Below, piece after piece: positions 17,373 through 41,015 of a DNA stretch of 64,000 bases (the first letter of the stretch is position 1; the number at the start of each line of letters is the position of its first letter). The translations under genes were made by a program, and so were the position numbers. The notes beneath the pieces are model-generated. The model worked only from the letters and a program-made list of their open reading frames with translations, was not told the origin of the DNA and did no database searches. Source of the stretch: the human T2T-CHM13v2.0 reference genome, Homo sapiens; NCBI RefSeq assembly GCF_009914755.1, contig NC_060940.1, one strand, 5' to 3'.

Positions 17373-17458
17373 CCGGTCTCGAACTCTTGACCTCGTGATC
17401 CGCCCGCCTCAGCCTCCCAAAGTGCTGGGATTACAGGCGTGAGGCACCGCGCCTGGCC
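17373..17458 (-). mobile_element. 5' remainder of the interrupted older Alu
   Basis: CCGGTCTCGAACTCTTGACCTCGTGATCCGCCCGCCTCAGCCTCCCAAAGTGCTGGGATTACAGGCGTGAGGCACCGCGCCTGGCC. Confidence 0.8.
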
Positions 17459-17476
17459 TTATAAACATTTGTCTAG

Positions 17477-17815
<339 letters not shown>

Positions 17816-17904
17816 TTTTTCTTTAGATTATTACTTTTTCAATTAAGTGTTTCATCACTCTAAGCAATTGTTAGGCAAACCTAATTTTATGTTTTTAAAA
17901 CATG

Positions 17905-18200
<296 letters not shown>

Positions 18201-18221
18201 GGACTAACTGGTCTGAATATT

Positions 18222-18363
18222 GTGCACCTGTTAGTACTAGCTACTCCAGAGTCTGAGGCAGCAGGATTGCTGTAGCCCAGGAGTTTGAGGTCACAGTGAG
18301 CTACAATCATGCCACTGTACTCCAGCCTGTGCAACATAGCAAGATACTGTCTTTAAAAAAAAA
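18222..18363 (+). mobile_element. Alu right-arm fragment
   Basis: ...GAGGCAGCAGGATTGCTGTAGCCCAGGAGTTTGAGGTCACAGTGAGCTACAATCATGCCACTGTACTCCAGCCTG... Confidence 0.7.
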
Positions 18364-18688
18364 GTTGTCTAGGTTGTTGGTTACCATGGAGTTGTAATTT
18401 GAAAGCCCTTTAAGACTTTTGTTTAATCTTGACTTGAATGCCATAAGCAGTAAGTGTTATCTCAACACCAGGGGAAAAGTTAGCAGATTCAAAGCAGGCA
18501 GAAAAAAAAAAAAGGAGAGAAAGAGAACTTAGAAGTCTCTCCATGCTAACTCTATAGTTGTAGGTTTTATGAATAATGACCATTTGAGCTCTGAATTTTC
18601 CTTGATGTAATTTTGCTCATCAGTTTTAAAATGTGCACAAGAATGAGCCATAATATGTAGCTGGTGGAGTCCTAGAAATCCTTGCATT

Positions 18689-19008
<320 letters not shown>

Positions 19009-19037
19009 CAGAAATCCTGGTACGCCTTCATGTTTGA

Positions 19038-19423
<386 letters not shown>

Positions 19424-19571
19424 TAATTTATGGGATATTAGGAGTTTAGTCTGGTGTTTTAGACAGCAGGAACCACCCTAGTGGCTTATGTTAGCCATCC
19501 TCCACCCACTGGTTGGAATGTTTATTTTTGCTCTTGGGAGATTTTTAGAAATAAGCAAGAGAAAAGAGTCA

Positions 19572-19730
<159 letters not shown>

Positions 19731-19835
19731 TCAGCCTGAGAGAAGACTCAGCAGGGCAGAACAGGCCTGTTGTGGAAGCAGAGAGCTCACAGCCTTCAGT
19801 GAGTGCTGCATGCCAGTTCTAAGAATCATCGATTC

Positions 19836-20109
<274 letters not shown>

Positions 20110-20281
20110 CTAATAGTGATTTTTTCAGGTACCATTTCTATATATAGATATACCATGTATATCTACCTAATAACAGAGGGTCTTTAAAAGAAAATGATGT
20201 TTATTTGGGAATAGTGCAATGGGAATACATATGCTATAGCAAACAATGTGTGTATTCAGGGAGGTAAAGGAACAAAGATCA

Positions 20282-20575
<294 letters not shown>

Positions 20576-20596
20576 AAGGAGAAAGAGAGTGAGAGA

Positions 20597-20661
20597 GGAA
20601 GGAAGGAAGGAAGGAAGGAAGGAAGGAAGGAAGGAAGGAAGGAAGAAAAGAAAGAAAGAAA

Positions 20662-20716
<55 letters not shown>
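20597..20716. repeat. (GGAA)n to (GAAA)n compound microsatellite
   Basis: ggaaggaaggaagg x10 grading into aagaaagaaag. Confidence 0.9.
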
Positions 20717-20717
<1 letters not shown>

Positions 20718-20729
20718 GCAGAGAAAGAA

Positions 20730-21440
<711 letters not shown>

Positions 21441-21455
21441 AAAATATTGTTTTAA

Positions 21456-21615
21456 ATTAGCCAGATGTGGTGGCACACACCTATATTCCCAGCTACTTTG
21501 GAGGCTGAGGTGGGAGGATCACTTGAGCCTAGGAGTTTGAGGCTGCAGGGAGCTATGATCGCACCAGCGTACTCCAGCCTGGGCAACAGAGAAAGACCCT
21601 GTCTCAAAAAAAAAA
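21456..21615 (+). mobile_element. Alu right-arm fragment
   Basis: TTAGCCAGATGTGGTGGCACACACCTATATTCCCAGCTACTTTGGAGGCTGAGGTGGGAGG... Confidence 0.75.
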
Positions 21616-21687
21616 CCAAAATAGTTATGCTCCTTGGAGTTGTGTCCTTGGCACTCTTGGTTCCTGAGTCTATATGGCGGGTTTTTG

Positions 21688-21999
<312 letters not shown>

Positions 22000-22553
22000 T
22001 AAAACATGTTTGCAAAATTTTTAACATTCCTCCTATTGAAAATAGTAAGTCTAATTCCCCTCCTCTTGAATATTGGCTGGCCTTAGTGACTGAATCCTCA
22101 CAAGTAGAATGCATCAGGAGTGTCACACTATGACTTCCAAGGCTAGGTTGAAAATATAAAAGGGGTAAAGCTCTCTTTCCTCTGTCGCTCTATTTCTTTC
22201 TCTTTCTCTCTATCCCCACCCTTTTCCCTCTCCTCCCTCTACTCACCTTTGGAACCCAGCCGCTATCGAGCCCAACACACACGCAGGTGCCCTGGTTAAA
22301 GTCCTAGCTAGGGTCCCAAGTGACAGCCAGCATCAACTATAACATGTAAAGGAGCCAGTCTTCAGATGATTCCAGCCTCAGCCTTCAGGCCACTCAGCTG
22401 GTGCCAAATAGAGTAGGGATGAGCTGTCCCCACAGAGACCTGCCCAGTGCACATTGTGAGAAAGGTAAGTATTGCTCTCTGAGGCCATTAAGTTTGGGGG
22501 TGGTTTATGGCATAAAAATTGGTAATTGGAGCACTCGACTTCAAGGGTTCTCA

Positions 22554-23348
<795 letters not shown>

Positions 23349-23749
23349 AACTAGGAAACTGGCAGGAGCTGTCTCCAGGTCCCAAAAGGATAAAGTGAAA
23401 AACCCGGCAGGCCAGCAGATGGCCAAAAAAGCCATCCCTAGCTGCCCTCATTGCTCATTAGGGTAAGACACTCTCATCAGCGCCATGACAGTTTACAAAT
23501 GCCATGGCAATGACCCAGAGACTATTGCCGTTTCCATACAATGACCCAGAAATTACCACCCCTTTCCTAGAAAGTTCTGAATAACTTGCCTCTTGATTTG
23601 CATTAACCCACCCCTTAATTTGCATGTGATTGAAAGTGGATATAAATACAGTTGCCACCAACCCACAAGCCTGGTTCTGGCACCCTGCCTATGAGTTAGC
23701 CTTGCTCAGCAAGGAGCAGCTCCAGTTCGATAAAAGATTGCTGAAGATT

Positions 23750-24221
<472 letters not shown>

Positions 24222-24240
24222 TTAGAATCAGCATCATCAA

Positions 24241-24520
<280 letters not shown>

Positions 24521-24555
24521 ACACACGTACACGATAAAAGGAATCAGCAGCATCA

Positions 24556-25085
24556 GGATCTCCTACCCCCTGCCCCTGGCAATTACCCATCTGCTTTCTG
24601 TCCCTGTGGCTGTATCTATTCTAGACGTTTCACATGAGTGGAATCCTGCCCTGTCATCCTTTGTGCCTGGCTGGGTTCCGGTGGCCTGATGCTTCATGGT
24701 TCACCCATGCGACTGCACGGCTCCTTGTCCATGGCATGGATAGACTGCATTTTGTTTATTCATTAGTTGATGGATATGTGGGTTGTTTCCACTTTTTCGC
24801 TGTTACAAGTAATCCTGCTATGAAAATTGATGTCCCAGTTTTTGTGTGGACATATATTTTCAGTTTATCTTGGGTATATACCCAGGAGTAGAATGCTGGG
24901 TCATATGGTAAATCTATGTTTAACTTTTTGAGGAACTGTGGGTGGCCCAATTTACAACTGCTAAGTTCATCCACTTCTTACTTTCTCCACGGAACTCACA
25001 CTTACAGCAGTGATAGCTTTCACACCTCCCTCGTCCGCACTGTTAAACACTACCACAAATCAGGCTACTGGGAAAAGCCTGGAGG
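24556..25085 (+). mobile_element. L1 (LINE-1) 3' region fragment (ORF2 C-terminal / 3' end), old subfamily
   Basis: ...GTTGATGGATATGTGGGTTGTTTCCACTTTTTCGCTGTTACAAGTAATCCTGCTATGAAAATTGATGTCC...TATCTTGGGTATATACCCAGGAGTAGAATGCTGGGTCATATGGTAAATCTATGTTTAACTTTTTGAGGAACTG resembles the conserved L1 3' segment (TGGGTATATACC.AGGAGTGGAATTGCTGGGTCATATGGTAA). Confidence 0.65.
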
Positions 25086-25115
25086 CCACCAGCCTCCTGC
25101 AAGAAAAGCACCAGC

Positions 25116-25428
25116 AGGCTGGGCACAGTGGCTCACGCAGTGGCTCATCCCAGCACTTTGGGAGGCGGAGGCACGCGGATCACCTGAGGTCAGGGGTTTG
25201 ACATCAGCCTGGCCAACATGGCAAAACCCTGTCTCTACTAAAAATACAAAAATTAGCCGGGCAGGTGGTGGGCACCTGTAATCCCAGCTACTCAGGAGGC
25301 TGAGGCAAGAGAATCGCTTGAACCTGGGAGATGGAGGTTGCAGTGAGCCAAGATCACGTCACTGCACTCCAGCCTGGGTGACAGAGCAAGACTCCCTCTC
25401 TCTAAAAAAAAAAGGAAAAAGGAAAAGC
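25116..25428 (+). mobile_element. Alu SINE with small internal duplication
   Basis: GGCTGGGCACAGTGGCTCACGCAGTGGCTCATCCCAGCACTTTGGGAGGCGGAGG... Confidence 0.85.
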
Positions 25429-25579
25429 ACCAACACAGGTGACGCAGGTCCTCTAGGAGACCGTGTCTGGTTCTCTTCCTGCCACACGCATGCCACTCAT
25501 GCCGCTGAAGCCAAAACACCTCCTCCTATGTGACCAGAATTCTGGGTCATTTTATGATTTCTTTCTTTTTTTAAATTAA

Positions 25580-26188
<609 letters not shown>

Positions 26189-26544
26189 TAAAGTCAGAGC
26201 TGAGCTCAGGAGAGTTCCGTCACTCGCCAAGACTGGCCAGGTCTCTTCTGTCCTTGGCTGTCAAGATTCCAAACTTGAGAAGTGAGAAAAACAATGGGAA
26301 TGAGTTAGAAAGGTCCCAAGTGCCACCTTTCTGAAGGAATTCCAGGGTGGAACAAGCTGGGTTTTGCAGCCAGTTAGCCCTAAGATTAAATCTGAGCTTC
26401 TCTGTTTAATAGCTGTGAGAGTCTTAGCAACTACTTAATTTGGGTGGGTCTGAATTTCTATTTTTCACTAATTCCCAGCGTGAATGGCTGTCAGGGGGGT
26501 AATAGTTTATTTATTTATTTTTATTTAATTTAATTAATTAATTT

Positions 26545-26830
<286 letters not shown>

Positions 26831-27412
26831 TGGATAATACTAGTTTAGATAAACCACTTCATAAAGTGGGTATGCAATGCTTTGTTTCCTCTCACCTTGA
26901 CCCAGCATTGCTTGTCATCTCTGAAAGACCACAAAGAGACCTGCCCCTCCACTTCAGGGACCCACTTGAAACCTGGTCACCATCCAGGCTTGCTCTGCCT
27001 TGGCCATCAGGTTCCCTGGGCACCAAGCCTCTCTTTTCTCCCGCTGCACTTGCCAGCCCGTCTGACAGCACTGGATCCTGCACCCTGGAGTCCGTTTGGA
27101 CTCACCTGCCCTGACCTTACTTGGCTTCCTCTGTGATGTTGACTTTATCGACCGCTTTTGCCAGCCTGGTCTGTCGGCCACACCCTACCCATAAATCTTC
27201 TACCTTGGATCTATACAACTGCCTCCCTTTTGTCCTGTCCCCAGGGTAGTGAGCCCTCCAGGGCCTGCAGCCCCAGCTGTACTGATCCTTTTCTCCTGAA
27301 GCAAAGGAAGATGTGTTCATAGTGTACCCACTGCTGATCTTTCTCCTCTGTCCAAACATCTCCAGTCCTGTGCTACTGCCCTGGACATAATCGTTTATTT
27401 TGTTTTTTTGTT

Positions 27413-27758
<346 letters not shown>

Positions 27759-27784
27759 TAAGCACATTTTAATATGTCTTGTAT

Positions 27785-28081
27785 TTTTTTTTTTTTTTTT
27801 GAGCGGAGTCTTGCTCTATTGTCCAGGCTGGAGTGAGTGGTACAGTAGCGGCTCATAGCAACCTCTGCCTCCCGGGTTCAAGCGATTCTCCCTGCCTCAG
27901 CCTCCCGAGTAGCTGGGATTACAGGCTCCCGCCACCATGCCCGACTAATTTTTGTATTTTTAGTAGATGCAGGGTTTCACTATGTTGGTCAGGCTAGTCT
28001 TGAACTCCTGACCTCAGGTGATTCGCCCGCCTCGGCCTCCCAAAGTGCTGGGATTACAAGTGTGAGCCACCACGCCTGGCC
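27785..28081 (-). mobile_element. Alu SINE
   Basis: T run then GAGCGGAGTCTTGCTCTATTGTCCAGGCTGGAGTGAGTGGTACAG... Confidence 0.85.
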
Positions 28082-28322
28082 CTAACCTGATGTTTTTATC
28101 AGCATCTGTAAGATAAGACTTCAGGAACTGGTAGATTCTGCAGGAGTAACATGGGGTGCCCATAGAGAAGGGGCCCTCTTATGACCACAGCATTTACCAT
28201 AACCTGTGTAATGGGCATATTCAGTGGGTGAATATTCCTGTCACCACAAACCCAGTTGCACATGACTTGTATACAAAGCATATCAGCTGCTTCACCAGGG
28301 GTGCTCCAATTGGCGTTTATAG

Positions 28323-28672
<350 letters not shown>

Positions 28673-28933
28673 CAACACACTTAGCAGTGGCTTTTATCCA
28701 CTCCACCAGGCTATGAGCATGCTGGCCCTTCATGAATATTCATAGGTCCTCTTATAACCTGTTGAATACGTACACCTTGTCAACCCATTCAGCATAAATT
28801 CCTGTCTCATCTTTCTCTCCCTCAAAATGATCTATGCCAGAGGCTACACTTCCCAGCTTGTCAAGATGGCCACCCTACCACCGCAACCCCTGATAGGAAA
28901 TAATGTCTCCTCTCCAAATTTGTAGATATCTGT

Positions 28934-29240
<307 letters not shown>

Positions 29241-29819
29241 AGATCTCCAGATTTTAAGTTGATGCCTTAGAATATCACATTGTCGTATGTTCTAGACAGT
29301 GATCACTCTTCTGAGGAGGAAAACTAATAAAGGGAACAAAGGGCAAATAAATTAAACAAAGGTCAAAACCAAAGCATTGCAGTTGCAAAGCAATTCAGTA
29401 GGAGATGTGGAAATTGTGAAGCAGAAACTCCAAAGTTAAACAAAGTTACCATGTAAATTACACCACAATAAAAACAAACAAACAAACAAAAAACAGAAAG
29501 TTAAAACCAGGAGCTTCAGTTGTCCAAATCAATGGACATAAAATTCTTCTTCCAGTCTTATGATGCATTTGACAAGATCTCCAGTATCTACTCAAGTTAA
29601 CCCATGAAATATAGCTAATGGTAGATGAGTAAGATAAAGGCTGTCCAGATCTTTATCTGAAAGAGGCCGAAAAGAAAGACCAGAGTATTTCGTGAAAATC
29701 TGAAGGGAGAATAAAAATTTCACTTACTACCTACCACGTGCCAGGCCTGTACCAGGGGGTTGAAAAAAATTGGTGGGTCTTATTATCTCCAATTTACAGA
29801 TGAAAAAACTGAAGCTCCA

Positions 29820-30213
<394 letters not shown>

Positions 30214-30576
30214 TTAAATTTAAGAGAGTTTAATTGAGCAAAGAACAATTCACAAATCAGGCAGCTCCCTGAACCAGCATAGGTTCAGAGAAACTCTGGG
30301 GCTGCCATATGGTTGGATAATAATTATAGACGGAAAAAGGAAAGTGACATACAGAAAATGGAGATGAGGTATAGAAATAGCCAGATTGGTTAAGGTGTGG
30401 CACTTGCCTTATTTGAACATGGTTTGAACAGTTGGCCACTTGTGATGGGCCAAAACTCTGTGGTTGGTATAAGAGAAGGTTATAGTCTATTTACACGTCC
30501 AGTTAGGCCACTAGGTGAGGAGAAACCTTTAGGCCTAAATTAAAATATGTAAGGAGGCAGCTTTAGGCTAAACTTA

Positions 30577-31011
<435 letters not shown>

Positions 31012-31469
31012 CTAGGAAACATAGCAGTGGGTTTTGTAAGGTGGGAATAAGGAAATAGAGCAATAAGGAAAAACCTCGTTATTCCAGGTTACTTTTTTGG
31101 GATGGGTTGGAGCAGAGGGGAGCTTCTTATTATGCTGGAATTTGTTTTCAGGAGGAAAAACCTGGTCTGTTTTGGGGTCTCTCTGCTTTCTTTGAAGTTT
31201 GAGTTTGATTATGTAGCATTTAGCATGGGTGACTCCATTTTGGTTTGGTCTTTTGGGGTCTAGTTCAGGAGCTCAGGCCAGAAAAACAGCCTCCCATAAC
31301 TTTACTTAACATCTCTTTATAACATTCTGTCCACAAATGCTTGGTACGTGGCTATAGGTTTCTGGCTTAAAAAATGATTAACAATGTACCCTTACCTACC
31401 CTGAATCTGAGCCCCTGCAGCCTCTCTCATACTACTGTGGCCACCCAAGCTGCCCTGAGGTTTCCCAAC

Positions 31470-31765
31470 CAAGGTGGCTCACATCCGTATTCCCAGCACT
31501 TGGGAGGCTGACGTGGGAGGATCACTTGAGCCCAGGAGTTCAAGACCAGCCTGAGCAACACAGTGAGACTTCATCTCTACAAAAAGTAAAAATGCAAAAA
31601 TTTGCTGGGGGTGGTCCCAGATTCTTGGGAGGCTGAGGTGGAAGGATCAATAGAGCCCAGGAGGTTGAGGCTACAGTGAGCTGTAATAGTGGCACTGCAC
31701 TCCAGCCTGAGGTACAGAGTGAGACCCTGTCTCAAAAAAGAAAAAAATAAATAAAAGTGAATAAG
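31470..31765 (+). mobile_element. Alu SINE, diverged
   Basis: CCAAGGTGGCTCACATCCGTATTCCCAGCACTTGGGAGGCTGACGTGGGAGG... Confidence 0.8.
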
Positions 31766-32460
31766 AAAGCAAAGAAAACCCAATACAAACCCTGCAAGAA
31801 GAGAGACAGAGAGGTGAGGAAAGACAAAGGAGGAACGGTTCATAGAAGTCTCGTTGTAGCCTGGGCCCAAGGTGCTGTATTCATTGGATAACCATCCACG
31901 GATGCTTACTCTGTACCAGGTGTGATGCCAGATGCTGGGAATTTGGAGATGACTGAGTCATGGCCCCTGCCTGAGAATGAGCTCTCAGTTTAGTGGAGAA
32001 GGCTTACATGTAAACATATAAATTATAGTGCAGGGTAATTAGAACCATAATAGAGTAATGTAGGAAACACACAGAAGCCAAAGAAAGGAATGATGAATTC
32101 TATTTGAAGAGGAGGAGCTGGGAGGAGAAGAGAGCTGAGGCCTTCCTGTGAGAAGGGTGGGTGGTGGTGCAGGCTGGTGGTGGTCCCCTCTGAATAACCT
32201 GGAGGTTGCCAGGTGGGCAGAAGGAGGAGAGCATTTTAGGCAGCTGGAGTGTGCATGGGCAGAGTTGAAGATTAGCAATTGCAGGTCACTGTGGGCGGAG
32301 AGCAGGACTCCCCTTGGCAACCTGGTGAAGTCACTTCTGCCCATTACTTTATTCATTGGAACAACTAAGAGTGAACAGAAAAGCAGCGCTCATGCCGTCA
32401 GACCCTTCTTCCAAATGAAAACGTGCACCAAGGCCCAGTGTATAAATAGGAAGCAGATAA

Positions 32461-33302
<842 letters not shown>

Positions 33303-33455
33303 TCAAATAATTTTTTTAAATTAGTTTTTTAGTTTTTGTGGGGATGGGTGGGGGGGGTCTTGCCATGATGACCAGGCTGGTCTCAAACTCCTGGCCTCAA
33401 GCTATCGTCCTGCCTTGGCCTCCCAAATTGCTAGGATTACAGGCATGAGCCACAG
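33303..33455 (-). mobile_element. Alu left-arm fragment
   Basis: ...GGTCTTGCCATGATGACCAGGCTGGTCTCAAACTCCTGGCCTCAAGCTATCGTCC... Confidence 0.7.
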
Positions 33456-33775
33456 GTGTCGGAAACCTTCTGGATGGGGGTGGAGAGGCAGATCCCCACC
33501 ACAGGTCTGAAATTGCATCAAAACTTTGAAAAGAGGGCAAAGCTGCTTCACCTGAGAGAGGGAGGAGCTTTCAGGGGAATTCTAGATGGGAGGGGAGAAG
33601 GTCACACCACATCTGCCATGCCTGTCTCCACTCTTACCCTGCCCAAGTCCCTCCTCCACTTTATCAAAATCAGGAGAGAGCAATCCTTCTAAAATGCAAA
33701 TATGAGCATGTACCCCTCTGTTCAAAACCCTTCCATGTCTCCCCTCACTGTGAGAAAAGAAGCCAAACTCCTCCA

Positions 33776-34863
<1,088 letters not shown>

Positions 34864-34865
34864 CT

Positions 34866-35159
<294 letters not shown>

Positions 35160-35521
35160 CCATTCATTTCCCCACAAAATCACATACTACCTCTCAACAT
35201 TGCTGCACCCCCATTTCCCCTCCCCTGTGAAGAAGGCAGCTACATAAGCATCTGGACCACGTTGGGTTATTAGGTCATCGTTCTCCTGTGGTTTCCTTAT
35301 GCTTGTACATGTGACATAAATTTTGTACACATTTTTCTCCTATTAATTTGCCAATTGTCAGTTCCTTTTTGGGGAGCCTTTATAGGGCTAGAGAGCAGAA
35401 AGGAAGCTTTCCCTTGGCCCTACAGCTCCTTGAGGTCGGCTGTTGACTCTTTTCTTCATTGCTGTCTCTTCAGCGTCTAGAATGGTACCTCCAATGTAGA
35501 GATGCTTGATAAACGTGTTGA

Positions 35522-35885
<364 letters not shown>

Positions 35886-36492
35886 TCACGCGTGCAGGCC
35901 CGGGAACGGGATGAGGTTTAAGGCAACTTCATCTAGAGTTTAAAAGGGGCAGGTAGGCCCACAGCTGGCACGTGGGTTAAATGTAAAGTGGCTCAAACAG
36001 GATCTGATAAGGCAGAAGCAGAGATGGGGGCCTGGTGTCTCACTGCCTTCACGTTCTTCCTTCTGCCTCAGTCCCCACATGAGAGTGCACCCTAGAGGTG
36101 CCAGCATTAGCGATAGGGCAGCTTTCCTTGTTTCTGGGATGGACAGAAAATGGGCCTTGAGACCCCTCCCATCATAGGAAAGCATCTCTTGCACTCTGGA
36201 GACTGAGGACTTGCTATAGTGGAACAAGAAGCAGTCTTCGGCAATGGAGGAGATGCTGGATCTCCATACAGGCAGGGTGGGTGCAACGGAGTGGAGCTGT
36301 GGCAAATGTGGGTGCCTCTGTCCTGAGGGTCCTGGATGTGTCATGCCTGGGAACATGAGGGCGTTCTTCCAAGGTGCCCATCTCGACCTCTCTGAGCTGC
36401 CATCTTTGACTTCCTGTGTTTGGTCACAGACTAGGGGTGGTCTGTCCCTAAACAGAAGAAGACAAGCAAGGATTAGAGAGGAGAAAGAGCTA

Positions 36493-37457
<965 letters not shown>

Positions 37458-38043
37458 CTATCTGGGATGAGTCATTGGCCCCAGATGGTAAACCTGTGAG
37501 GGGTGGGGTGCTCTGAATGCCTGACTAGTCATTTATAATTGAGAGCACTTATTCCAGCCCCTTCTGGTCCTCCATCCTTCCCTCTTCTTGGACCTCCTGA
37601 TTCAGAGAGGTCAGAGGGCCAGTCCAGGAGGGGTCAGGCACTAGGTCCCTGGAGTCAGTCTTAGGGATTTTAGGCAGAGAGGAATCAGTCCTGAAAATGA
37701 AGGGCATACAGAGAAAAAAAAAACTATGACATCACCCCTGGGGGTGTTACAGACCTAAGAAAGAAGCAATGGCCCTGGGCGGCCTACAGCCCCAGGAAGA
37801 TTCAGCCATGGTACCCAGGAGACTTGAGGGCCCAAAGCCCAGAATTACCCCCAGAGGAACACCTGTAGACCTTCGGATCCTTAGCTTTGCACTTCCCATT
37901 GGACTGACTCTGTTTCCTGTGGGGCAATAGGCACGTGTTCACTGTGCACCTGCAGCCCCAGTCATCCTTCTCAGAGAGAAATGGTTTGGGAAGTGTTTGG
38001 CATATTGGGGATAAATAGATGAGTGGATAGAAAAAAAAATGCA

Positions 38044-38349
<306 letters not shown>

Positions 38350-38415
38350 TTACAGCAAAATATTAACCATAGTAGAATCTATACAGTGGTTATATAAGTG
38401 TCCACTATACAATTC

Positions 38416-38688
38416 TTTTTTTTTTTTTCCTTTTTTTGAGACTTGATGTTTCGATCATGGCTCACTGCAACTTTGACCTCCTCAGCTCAAGTGATCCTCT
38501 TGCCTCAGCCTCCTGACTAGCTGGGATCACAGGTGTGCACCACCATGCCTGGCTAATTGTTTTATTTTTTGTAGAGACGAGATCTCCCTATGTTGCCCAT
38601 GTTGGTCCTGAACTCCTGAGCTTAAGCAGTCCTCCTGCTTTGACCTCTCAAAGTGCTGGGATTACAGCCATGAGCCACTGCACCCAGT
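38416..38688 (-). mobile_element. Alu SINE, diverged and partly truncated
   Basis: ...GATCATGGCTCACTGCAACTTTGACCTCCTCAGCTCAAGTGATCCTCTTGCCTCAGCCTCCTGACTAGCTGGGATCACAGG... Confidence 0.75.
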
Positions 38689-38703
38689 CTTGCTATACGA
38701 TTC

Positions 38704-39007
38704 TTTTTTTTTTTTTTTTTTTTTTTGAGATGGAGTCTCACTCTGTCGCCCAGGCTAGAGTGCAGTGGAGTGATCTCAGCTCACTGCAACCTCTGCCCCT
38801 CAGGTTCAAGTGATTCTCCTGCCTCAGTCTCCTGACTAGCTGGGATCACAGGCACCTGCCATCACACCCAGCTACTTTTTGTATTTTTAGTACAGATGGG
38901 GTTTCGCCATGTTGGCCAAGCTGGTCTCAAACTCCTGACCTCAGGTGATCCAGCTGCCTCAGCTTCCCAAAGTGTTGGATTATGGGTGTGAGCCACTGGG
39001 CCCAGCC
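38704..39007 (-). mobile_element. Alu SINE
   Basis: 26-nt T run then GAGATGGAGTCTCACTCTGTCGCCCAGGCTAGAGTGCAGTGGAGTG... Confidence 0.85.
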
Positions 39008-39321
39008 ACTGTACAATTCTTTAAACTTTTATATGTGTTTGGATTTTTCATAATATTAGAAAAGGGAAAGAAAAAAATGTCTGGCAAATAGTCAGCACTC
39101 GTAAGTATAAGATTTTGGGAATATATTCCCTTCTGGGAGAATCCACATTTCGAATGCCTGGGAAGGGCTCTGTTTGTCCTGACAGATGGCAGATTTCAGG
39201 TGAGAGCACCTACTAAGCCTAGAGGTGATAAGCTACTTTGCCCACCTAGAGCTGCTGGTGGTGACCTTAAGTTTACTATGTTTCTCCTGGTATACGGCAC
39301 TTGGCCCAGAGTGGACTCCAG

Positions 39322-39600
39322 CTTGCCACCTGTCACCCAGGCTGGAGTGCAGTGGCGTGATCTTGTCTCACTGCAGCCTCAACGTCCTGGGCTCAGGCGA
39401 TCTTCCCTACCTCCCTCCTGATTAGTTGAGGCTACAGGTGCTCGTCACCATGCCCGGCTAATTTTTGTTTTTGTTTTTTGTTTTGGTAGAGATGGGGTCT
39501 CACACTCTTGCCCAGGCTGAGCTAGAACTCCTGGCCTCAAGCCATCTGCCTCTGCCTCCCAAAGCATTGTAATGACAGGTGTGAGTCACCATGCCCAGCC
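39322..39600 (-). mobile_element. Alu SINE, tail-truncated
   Basis: TGTCACCCAGGCTGGAGTGCAGTGGCGTGATCTTGTCTCACTGCAGCCTCAACGTCC...GAGTCACCATGCCCAGCC. Confidence 0.8.
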
Positions 39601-39767
39601 AGGAACTCAGAGAATCTTACCCTATGCTGTAGTATCTGTTGACTATGGGGTAGAGGCAGGATAAGGTGTTCCAGACCCTGCCTGACACCTGATCCGAAGA
39701 GGTTGCTCATGTTTGCTCAGGAGGTGAGGTTCACACAATAAAGGGCAGGAGGAGGGCTTGGACCTGG

Positions 39768-39774
39768 TATAAAA
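39768..39774 (+). promoter_or_regulatory. ZG16: TATAAAA motif, candidate ZG16 core promoter
   Basis: GACCTGGTATAAAACATCTGG about 1 kb upstream of the ZG16 ATG. About 30 nt downstream the sequence runs ...AAACTGTCAG|GTGAGG (donor at 39820), consistent with a short 5' non-coding exon feeding the acceptor at 40770. Confidence 0.35.
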
Positions 39775-40777
39775 CATCTGGAAGTTTCCAGGGGGCTGCT
39801 TTGCATCTGAAACTGTCAGGTGAGGGGTGACAGAGATGCCTGAATCTGAGTTGGGGGGGAATTCAAATCTGAGCTGGCGAAGAGGATGCCTGGAAGGAAT
39901 GGCAGGAAAGACTTGAGTTAATTGGCGCTTCTGGGTCTGCAGTAATCTTAGGTGCAAAGCTGTCTAGGTCTCTGCTGAAGGACTGGGGACACCTGGGATG
40001 TTCAGGAGAATAGAAATGGCCAGATGTGTGTTAGTGGAGAAAAGAAGTGACACATAGACCAGGCACCTGGGGTCTAATATCTTGAGCTGGTCCCGACTCC
40101 TTCTGCAACTTCTCTGTCTGTCCTAGTTCCACCAGCACTGCTTGGATACTGGTGCTGGCACAGTTCCTTCTGTCACCAACTTTGCTCCCCAGGTAACATA
40201 GAGGCACCTCTAAAATGCTTCTTTCCTTGAGACCAGGTGGATGCCAGGGATTTAAACCATGCTCCAGGTGCCCCATAAGCCAGGCCAATTCACCACAGAT
40301 GATGAGGCTTTCTTTGCTCAGCCTCTGGGCTCAGTAAACTCAGCCATCTCTTTGCTTGGGAGAGGTCCTCTACTCCCTCCTTAGAAAACTCGTTTCCTGG
40401 CTATGGCCATACCAACCCAAATGTACCTGGGCTTGGCTGACTTCAGAAAACTTTTCTGCTTTGTGCCAGGATGGAATAAGGCTTAATCCAGATAGTTAGA
40501 GTTCATCTTCAGGCCTGAGAGAAAAAGAGGAGGGCTTGGCTACAGCCAGACCAGGGAGAGCTGGAGGGGTCAGGGACATTGAAGGTAGCATCAGAGAGGA
40601 ACAGGACTACAGGCTATGGACAGTCCTTTCTAAGCTCAAGACTGGGTCTGCTAGGTCTAAGTTGAAGGACGAAGAAGGCTTGGTCTGAGCTGCAGGTCAG
40701 GAGTGCCTGGGTCAATCAAGTCAACAAGGAAGAAGGTGAATCTTCATTTGCTCTTTTCTTCCCACTCCAGCCCCAGA

Positions 40778-40832
40778 ATGTTGACAGTCGCTCTCCTAGC
40801 CCTTCTCTGTGCCTCAGCCTCTGGCAATGCCA
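40778..40832 (+). CDS. ZG16: ZG16 coding exon (signal peptide MLTVALLALLCASASGNA, plus 1 nt)
   Basis: ATG at 40778 is 7 nt after a polypyrimidine/AG acceptor (CTTTTCTTCCCACTCCAG), so the ATG lies in exon 2; donor A|GTAAGT at 40833. Translation matches zymogen granule protein 16. Confidence 0.9.
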
Positions 40833-41015
40833 GTAAGTGAGATACCAGGAGCCTGGTAATGGGGACTGGGGAAGGCAGCCTTGGGCACTGCTGTTGGCCA
40901 AGGCTTTTGGAGGTTGGCTTGGGGTGGGGAGCTGAGTTGTCGGAGGAACAGGGGTGGTGCAGAGAAACTGAACTCCTGGAAGATTTCTCCCTCCAACTCC
41001 TGCTTGCCCCTCCAG

